From: an uncultured Nitrososphaerota archaeon
Lineage (GTDB): Archaea > Korarchaeota > Korarchaeia > Korarchaeales > Korarchaeaceae
Assembly (NCBI GenBank): GCA_964480775.1
Contig: CAYZRF010000006.1
Coordinates: forward strand, 30,001-62,000
Length of the DNA: 32,000 nucleotides
Direction of reading: 5' to 3'
In this document: one piece after another, positions 26,261 through 32,000 of the stretch
Layout of the letters: every line of letters begins with the position of its first letter
How positions within the stretch are numbered: the stretch's first letter is position 1
Program-made: the position numbers and the translations under genes
The notes under the pieces: model-generated
What the model saw: the letters and a program-made list of their open reading frames with translations, nothing else
The model's database searches: none
What the model was told of the DNA's origin: nothing

Positions 26261-26795
26261 TCCTCAAAGACTTCGGTAATCTGATACCCTTCTGGCCTTG
26301 ATAGGAGCCAGAATAAGGATGCAGAACGCCGCCAGGAATTTCAAAGAAAATGACATGTAAAAAGCGAATTCCTGGGTAGATCTTTACGGGATTTGCACCA
26401 GTCCAAAAAACCTCTATCGTAAGTTGCCCCTTAAACCCAGCATCAATAACGGTTGGTGGTGCTATAAAACCAAATCTTGCCAGAGTACTTCTTAATTCAC
26501 AAAGAGCAGCTATATTTGAGGGAAGAGATATATATTCCTCAGTATGAAGGAGAAAAGCTGTTCTAGACCCTATTATAGCACCTTCCTTATTTAACCCCTT
26601 TACAGTAAAGGATCTCTCAACATCTGGATCAGCCAAGTCCAAGATCCCGCCTTCATTCTTATGAAAGCCAATTTCCCGCCCTATCCTCAAATCCACACCA
26701 TTTTGTTGAACGGTATCTTCTCTAAGAGGATCTATAATTAGGTCTCCAGAAGCGATTAGCTCTCGTATCCTTTTATCGCTTAACATTGACATCAC
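26241..26795 (-). CDS. dcd: dCTP deaminase (possibly bifunctional dCTP deaminase/dUTPase type)
   Basis: The N-terminus is LSDKRIRELIASGDLIIDP...NGVDLRIG. The length is typical for the dUTPase-fold Dcd family. Confidence 0.9.
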   Translation of the reverse strand: MMSMLSDKRIRELIASGDLIIDPLREDTVQQNGVDLRIGREIGFHKNEGGILDLADPDVERSFTVKGLNKEGAIIGSRTAFLLHTEEYISLPSNIAALCELRSTLARFGFIAPPTVIDAGFKGQLTIEVFWTGANPVKIYPGIRFLHVIFFEIPGGVLHPYSGSYQGQKGIRLPKSLRSELKHV

Positions 26796-26931
26796 TCTCT
26801 ATCAAAGGTACATTTTCATTCTTGCGATATAAGCGGGATACACTCAAGGTTATTAAGAAAATTCCTCCCATCGCGTCACCTCTGTCTTAATTCAGAAAGA
26901 TTTTAGGGAGCATAGCAATCCTATAATCAAG

Positions 26932-27762
26932 TTGAAAGTAAGGCCCGCAAGAAAAGGCGATTTCGAAACGATTGTTGAAATGAGATTGGCTGGTCCTCCC
27001 TTCATCAAAGCTGGATCAAAGAGCTTTGAGAAATATCTACAAATTATAAGGAGCACAGGGGGAGAAATCCTGATTGCAGAAGAAGAAGGAGAAATTCTAG
27101 GTGAAGCAGAGTTAATTCCACAACCAGATCTCAGTGTAGCTGGTCCACATGTTTTCTTACAGAATCTATCATCAGTGGACAATGATAGATCAATAAGGCG
27201 GGAACTTCTTCGCACATGTAAGAAGCTAACTAAGTCTTGGGGATTTTCTTTTTTGGATCACATCCCTTTTACAGAAGAATTAGATGACCTAGAACGGCTT
27301 GGATTTACGACCACAAGGGCCAATCAAGTTCTCCTTAAAACAGAACCAAAAAGGATCTCTAACTTAGCTAAAATTATAGAAGAGGTTCCACAGACATATC
27401 CGAAGAGCCTAGCCTTGCTTTCGGGAGAAATAAGGCCAGGAAAACTAGCATGGGCCTTGACATTTCAAGAAGGACTATCAGTTAAAAATAGGGCGATAAA
27501 GATAAGGGTTGGCAGATTTGAGTTCATCTCACTACTTTTTGGATTGAAAAAAGTAATTCACCTTTTCTTTTACGGGGTACCAGCCTCTGGTCCAGGAGAA
27601 ATATTTAATGCTCTTGGAGCAACGTTAACTATCGCAGATTATTTGGAAACAACTGAACTAAGAACTCTCTCGTGGGAAAGATATCTTTGCCCCTTTGAAT
27701 CCGCTGAATTTGAGGTAATAAAGGAAATACCACTCCTTAGGTTGAGAGTTGATGAAATTTAG
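26932..27762 (+). CDS. Hypothetical protein with GNAT-like N-terminal region
   Basis: VRPARKGDFETIVEM...ILIAEEEGEILGEAEL resembles GNAT beta1-beta4. I do not see a clean Q/R-x-x-G-x-G/A acetyl-CoA motif. The start is TTG. Confidence 0.35.
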   Translation: MKVRPARKGDFETIVEMRLAGPPFIKAGSKSFEKYLQIIRSTGGEILIAEEEGEILGEAELIPQPDLSVAGPHVFLQNLSSVDNDRSIRRELLRTCKKLTKSWGFSFLDHIPFTEELDDLERLGFTTTRANQVLLKTEPKRISNLAKIIEEVPQTYPKSLALLSGEIRPGKLAWALTFQEGLSVKNRAIKIRVGRFEFISLLFGLKKVIHLFFYGVPASGPGEIFNALGATLTIADYLETTELRTLSWERYLCPFESAEFEVIKEIPLLRLRVDEI

Positions 27763-28139
27763 GGGTTGTTTCTTGAACCATACTTTTTAAGGTACATCTC
27801 AACCGGATCATAATGTAATCTCTCTTTAAGCATTCTTCTTCCTTCCTCTGTTAGGTCTAGGGGTGTCCAAGGAAGATCAAGAACAAGCTCGACGCTTACC
27901 TCTTTAGCCTCTTTTATCTCCTGTTCAACGCTCTTCTTAGCCATTCCAAGGATGAAGAAAGCCATAGGACACCCAGGGGTAGTCATTGTCATTTTTATTT
28001 TGATGATAGGCCCATCTAAGACCTCTATCTCGCGCACCAAACCTAGATCAACGATATTTATTCCTATTTCAGGATCTAATACTTTTTTGAGAGCAGATCT
28101 AACTCTTACCTCAAGATCTTCCAAGCAAGCCACCACCAA
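27759..28139 (-). CDS. DUF59/MIP18-family (SufT/PaaD-like) Fe-S assembly-related protein
   Basis: VRSALKKVLDPEIGINIVDLGLVREIEV and TMTTPGCPM. Confidence 0.7.
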   Translation of the reverse strand: MVVACLEDLEVRVRSALKKVLDPEIGINIVDLGLVREIEVLDGPIIKIKMTMTTPGCPMAFFILGMAKKSVEQEIKEAKEVSVELVLDLPWTPLDLTEEGRRMLKERLHYDPVEMYLKKYGSRNNP

Positions 28140-28158
28140 ATCTTTCTATCCATTATAT

Positions 28159-29298
28159 TCAAAATGTTTGTTCATCTCTTAATAGGAACTTGTCGAGCAA
28201 ATCTCTTGCTCTTTCTCTCTTGTGTTGATGTTCCTCCAAGAACTCAACTATCCTTCCTATAAGTTCTTCCTTGCACTCACCACAAAGAAGGTCGCCAGAT
28301 GAACATCTTGACCTTCGCTCCTCAAGGGCTTTGTCATCCTCTTCGAATATAAAAGCATAGTAGAAGAATACTGGACAAATGTCTGGATTACCTCCTTTCT
28401 CCTTTTGTTCGGCCACCGTAGGCCTACCTCCTGTAAAAGCATTCCAGATCTTCCTTCTAACTACGTCTGGTGTATCAGTAGTGAATATCGCGCTCATTGC
28501 TTCACTTGAACTCATTTTTCCTGCCCCAGAGAGGCTGGGCAAGAACTTGCTATGAAATATTGCAGGTTTATAGAACCCAAGTTTAGGGGCCACATCTCTT
28601 GCAACCCTGAAATGAGGATCTTGATCTACTGCTAATGGTATTAGACATGGAATGTTTTTTCCAGACAAGAAGGACTCTATAAATGCTGGAGCGGCTTGAA
28701 TGCTGGTAAAGAATATCTGACCTATGTTTGAACTCTCTGTAAAGCCAAAGACAGATCTAACCGTTGAAAAAGTTATCTTCTTGGCACAACCAAGTGCTAT
28801 CTTGTACAATATCCCAATGTAGTCAGTATCTAAGAATATTCTGGTTTTTTCTTGATCAAAACCCAATGCAATTATGTCTAACGCATTGTCTAGCGCATAT
28901 TTTCTAGTTTTTTCAAGGGTTAATTCTGGCTTAAAGAGGAATTTCTCATCATCGGTCATCTGAAAGTAAAGTTTTACGTCAAATCTTTCTTGCAACCACT
29001 TAGTTAGGAACCACGGAACCATATGGCCCAGGTGTGTTTGACCAGAAGGCCCTCTTCCAGTATAGAGATAGAATTTTTCTCCCTGTTCATATCTGTCTAG
29101 TATCCAATCCAGATCCCTGTGAGCGAAGAAGATCCCTCTTCGCAACAATTTATGTGAATCTCCAGCTAATTTGGTTATTCTTTTGTATAGTTCTTCATTT
29201 AGGGGAGTTAGACCGAATTCTTCTACTAACCTCTCATAATTTACTTTTCCACGCACTTCCCAAGGAGTTACTTTGAACTCATCGTTGGCTTTCCTCAA
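28159..29298 (-). CDS. trpS: Tryptophanyl-tRNA synthetase (archaeal/eukaryotic type)
   Basis: TGRGPSGQTHLGHMVPW (HIGH-type) and KMSSS. The TTG start has GGAGGGA 6 nt upstream. A C-terminal four-Cys cluster is present. Confidence 0.93.
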   Translation of the reverse strand: MRKANDEFKVTPWEVRGKVNYERLVEEFGLTPLNEELYKRITKLAGDSHKLLRRGIFFAHRDLDWILDRYEQGEKFYLYTGRGPSGQTHLGHMVPWFLTKWLQERFDVKLYFQMTDDEKFLFKPELTLEKTRKYALDNALDIIALGFDQEKTRIFLDTDYIGILYKIALGCAKKITFSTVRSVFGFTESSNIGQIFFTSIQAAPAFIESFLSGKNIPCLIPLAVDQDPHFRVARDVAPKLGFYKPAIFHSKFLPSLSGAGKMSSSEAMSAIFTTDTPDVVRRKIWNAFTGGRPTVAEQKEKGGNPDICPVFFYYAFIFEEDDKALEERRSRCSSGDLLCGECKEELIGRIVEFLEEHQHKRERARDLLDKFLLRDEQTF

Positions 29299-29504
29299 AG
29301 AATATCCCTCCTAAAAACAGCTGGTTAATTCTTTTGTGACTTATTCTATCTACCTCTAAGGTAGACAGAGCGAGACCAAAAACCAACACCAGATCTCATA
29401 ATCAATTATTTCGTTTTTCATCATTAGATAAAAACATAATGTGATGAATCTTTCTAACATCATCATTACTTTATTAAGATTGAGGAGACATATAACAAGC
29501 GAAG

Positions 29505-30128
29505 ATGCCAACTTCAGAATCTGAAGAATCTGTTGTGAGGTGGACTGCTGAATCCCTTTCTATAACTGCAGTTGGTATTTGGACTGCTATTTTTCTACTT
29601 TGGGCTCTTTACAGTGGGAAACTTAGCCTAGAGCAGGGAATAGCATCTCTAGCTCAAATAGGTTTTATTCTACTAATTTGGGGAATAGGTGCGCTCATCG
29701 TTGCGGGTGGAAGCGGATTAATCTATGGAATGACTGCGAAGAAGGAAGAAGTTGTTAAGGTGGAGGAAATAGCCCCACCAAATGCTTTCTTAGGGCCTCA
29801 TCCACAAGCAGTAAAGGCTGGTCGCTTTATATTTGTGTCATATCAGCTTCCTTTGAATCCTGTAACTGGTCAGATAATAAAAGGAGATACACTATTACAG
29901 GCAAGAGCAGTCCTGGATTCGTTAAAGAATCTTTTACTCTCGAATGAGAAGGGCCTAGAGGATGTCATCAAACTAACCTTCTATGTAACAAGTCTAGAAA
30001 AACAACACGATGTTGAGAGAGCCTACTTAGAAACCTTTACTCATGGAAGGCCTGCTATGACTATAATTGAAGTTTCAGGACTTCCTTTTGGAGTTGATGT
30101 GGCCCTAGATGCTATAGTCAGGGCGTAA
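29505..30128 (+). CDS. RidA/YjgF/UK114-family protein with N-terminal two-helix membrane anchor
   Basis: The C-terminal ~125 aa are GPHPQAVKAGRFIFVS.Q.P.NP.TGQII.GD...Q....L..L......G..L.DVIKLTFYV, ending PAMTIIEVSGLP.GV.V. Two hydrophobic helices lie at the N-terminus. Confidence 0.8.
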   Translation: MPTSESEESVVRWTAESLSITAVGIWTAIFLLWALYSGKLSLEQGIASLAQIGFILLIWGIGALIVAGGSGLIYGMTAKKEEVVKVEEIAPPNAFLGPHPQAVKAGRFIFVSYQLPLNPVTGQIIKGDTLLQARAVLDSLKNLLLSNEKGLEDVIKLTFYVTSLEKQHDVERAYLETFTHGRPAMTIIEVSGLPFGVDVALDAIVRA

Positions 30129-31578
30129 TAAGCCCTGACTCCAAGAATTTCCTTCTTATGGTACCGTAGGCAGTCAAGGCAGCCATAGCAGTAGCAGCTC
30201 TTTCTGGTGTTGGATAGGCAGGAAAACCGAGTTCTTCAAATTTTTCTCTAAATGCAACTGCGTATTCGCCTTGACCTATATCACAAAAAACGATGGGTTT
30301 ATCAACTCCTCTTGCAACCTCGGCTAATTTTTCAGGAAGAGCGCCAGTTAGCCCAGGCACATGGTGCAAGGCTAGAACAATTATTCCATCAACGGCCGGA
30401 CTCTCTAAAAGGATCTCTAAAGATTTCACATAGGCTTCATCATTTGTAGATCCGGTTAGATCAATTGGATTTTTAACAGAAGCTATTGGTGGAATTATTC
30501 CCCTGTGTTTAAGCTCTTCAAGCCTTTCTTCTGTCTCTCCAGATAGATCTGCAATAATCTGACCTCTGCTTTCCAGTTCGTCGACGGCCATAACGCCAGC
30601 ACCCCCACCGTCAGTTAACACGGCAATGCGCTTTCCTTTAGCTGGTGGTTGCATGGAGAGAGCCTTTGCTACATCGAAGAGTTCTTCAACATTATTTACT
30701 CTTATTATGCCCGCCTGTCTAAAGGCCGCATCATATACGTCATCTCTTCCTGCCATTGCGGCCGTATGAGAAATGGCTGCGCGGGTCCCAGCCTTGGTTC
30801 TAGCTGCCTTTAATACAACGATGGGCTTACTAAGAATCGCTCTTCTAGCTGCATCGATGAATTCCTTACCTCTTACAAGAGATTCTATGTAAACTAGGAT
30901 GACACGGGTTTTATAGTCGTTTGCTAGATAATCTATGAGTTCTGCTTCATCCACATCAGCTCTGTTTCCATAGCTAACGAACTTTGCTAAACCGAGTCTT
31001 TCACCAGCCATGTAGTCTAAACAAGCCACTCCAAAAGCCCCAGATTGAGTTATAAGCGAGATAGATCCAGATTTCGGGCGCGGGAAAGATTCAAAGATCT
31101 TTCCTCCAATCTCTTTTTCGTAGGGAAGAAACATGGTATCTACTCCAGTTTCTGGACATAATATTCCTATGCAGTTTGGCCCGACTACCCTGATACTGTG
31201 CTTCTTTGCGGTTTCAACTAATTGTTTCTGTAAATCAATCCCTTCCCCACCTATTTCAGCAAAACCTCCGCTAATTACGACAATATTCTTTGTACCAAGC
31301 TTTCCGAGTTCATCAACAGCTCTAGGAACTAGCTTGGCTGGAATTGCTATGACGGCCAGATCTGGTGGTGAAGGTAGCTGGGATATTGATGGATAAGTGG
31401 CAACGCCCAAGATCTCTCTAGCGTCGGGGTTAACAGCATATAATTCGCCTCTAAACACCCCTCTGTCTTTGTTCTCCTTTAGAATTCGCAAAATCTCGTG
31501 TCCAACTTTACCTGGCTTTCTGGAGGCACCTATAATCGCTATGGTATCTGGATAGAAGAACTTGTCGAGGAGTAACAT
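30118..31578 (-). CDS. acdA: Acetyl-CoA synthetase (ADP-forming), alpha subunit
   Basis: The CoA-binding N-terminus is FYPDTIAIIGASRKPGKVGH. A succinyl-CoA-synthetase-like fold is present. The phosphohistidine segment is AAISHTAAMAG. Confidence 0.9.
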   Translation of the reverse strand: MLLLDKFFYPDTIAIIGASRKPGKVGHEILRILKENKDRGVFRGELYAVNPDAREILGVATYPSISQLPSPPDLAVIAIPAKLVPRAVDELGKLGTKNIVVISGGFAEIGGEGIDLQKQLVETAKKHSIRVVGPNCIGILCPETGVDTMFLPYEKEIGGKIFESFPRPKSGSISLITQSGAFGVACLDYMAGERLGLAKFVSYGNRADVDEAELIDYLANDYKTRVILVYIESLVRGKEFIDAARRAILSKPIVVLKAARTKAGTRAAISHTAAMAGRDDVYDAAFRQAGIIRVNNVEELFDVAKALSMQPPAKGKRIAVLTDGGGAGVMAVDELESRGQIIADLSGETEERLEELKHRGIIPPIASVKNPIDLTGSTNDEAYVKSLEILLESPAVDGIIVLALHHVPGLTGALPEKLAEVARGVDKPIVFCDIGQGEYAVAFREKFEELGFPAYPTPERAATAMAALTAYGTIRRKFLESGLITP

Positions 31579-31686
31579 TGTATTTAATGGTGGGTGATCA
31601 AAAAATTAAACTACACTGCCAAGTTCTAGAAAGTATCGCTGTTGACAAAAACCTCTCGAGGGCTTTAGCGTTCCATCGTAGGAAGG

Positions 31687-32000
31687 CTAAGTTGACTCTA
31701 GATCAAGAGCTTGTTTTAATTCTCTAGCTTTCTGCCTTTTTCTTGCTACTTCCTCAGAATGCTGGCTTATTTTCTGAAGAAATTGTTCCAATTCACCTTG
31801 ATCGGTTCCCTCCACAGAACTAAGCAATTCTTCATGGAGGTCGAAGTAAACTTTTGCAATGTCAACAAGCTTTGTTATTTTAGGTATTTCTGGCTCAACT
31901 AAGATCACTGCAACGTCAGATTCTTCTGAACCTTCTTCTAACCTTCGCAAGCCACTTGCAATATCAATTCCATTTATTTTGCGGAGGAAAAACTTCTTTA
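31687..32000 (-). CDS. Hypothetical protein; 5' end runs off the window
   Basis: The reading frame stays open upstream of the listed start through base 32000 (..KKFFLRKINGIDIASGLRRLEEG..). It has an acidic helical C-terminus. I cannot assign a family. Confidence 0.4.
   Translation of the reverse strand, partial: KKFFLRKINGIDIASGLRRLEEGSEESDVAVILVEPEIPKITKLVDIAKVYFDLHEELLSSVEGTDQGELEQFLQKISQHSEEVARKRQKARELKQALDLEST

Noticed and set aside
29417-29470. GTGATGA / ATGATGA strings suggesting a C/D-box sRNA. A similar AGATGATGA occurs at 3208-3216.
   Set aside because: No CUGA D or D' boxes lie at appropriate spacing on either strand, and there is no terminal stem.
8204-31578. The acetyl-CoA synthetase alpha and beta subunits are encoded 21 kb apart.
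   Set aside because: Unlinked acdA and acdB genes are known for ADP-forming acetyl-CoA synthetases in hyperthermophilic archaea. I do not consider this anomalous.
1-32000. A search by eye for CRISPR arrays, rRNA genes, IS elements with terminal inverted repeats, inteins and long tandem repeats.
   Set aside because: I saw no regularly spaced repeats, no rRNA-like conserved strings and no transposase-like ORFs. The large proteins (EF-2, Cdc48, ThrRS, AglB) have normal lengths without insert domains.

Overview
This window reads as an archaeal chromosomal segment. Supporting signs are K/E/I-rich proteins, archaeal informational genes, GGAGG/GGTGA Shine-Dalgarno-like motifs, many TTG/GTG starts and TATA-type promoters. 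The DNA is moderately AT-rich by eye. All product calls come from motif recognition in the supplied translations; no database search was possible.

From about 5.0 kb to 32 kb the window is densely packed housekeeping DNA with frequent 4-nt stop/start overlaps:
- Transcription and translation: TFS, aEF-2, uL16, RpoL, tRNA-Asn(GUU), ThrRS, TrpRS.
- RNA modification and processing: a TrmJ-like methyltransferase, a METTL5-like methyltransferase, and Csl4.
- Metabolism and lipids: both subunits of ADP-forming acetyl-CoA synthetase (21 kb apart), a CDP-alcohol phosphatidyltransferase, mevalonate kinase, ThyX, and dCTP deaminase.
- Other: AglB/STT3, Cdc48/VAT, a DUF59 protein, and a RidA-family protein.

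The exception is about 0.65-5.0 kb, a low-coding-density island between a PadR-like regulator and TFS. It carries:
- an intact tyrosine recombinase with a C-terminal zinc ribbon;
- a Panacea/DUF4065 (SocA-like antitoxin-domain) gene translationally coupled to two ORFans;
- a roughly 350-nt GC-rich block with no credible ORF and strong helices, a candidate structured RNA of unresolved identity;
- short exact repeats.

The best candidate for an undescribed system is the Panacea-linked cassette (1676-3193) on this island.

Secondary curiosities:
- an NDK-like domain fused to an unknown C-terminal domain and coupled to aglB;
- nucleotide-identical D1/D2 segments inside cdc48;
- a membrane-anchored RidA;
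- a non-canonical P-loop ATPase.
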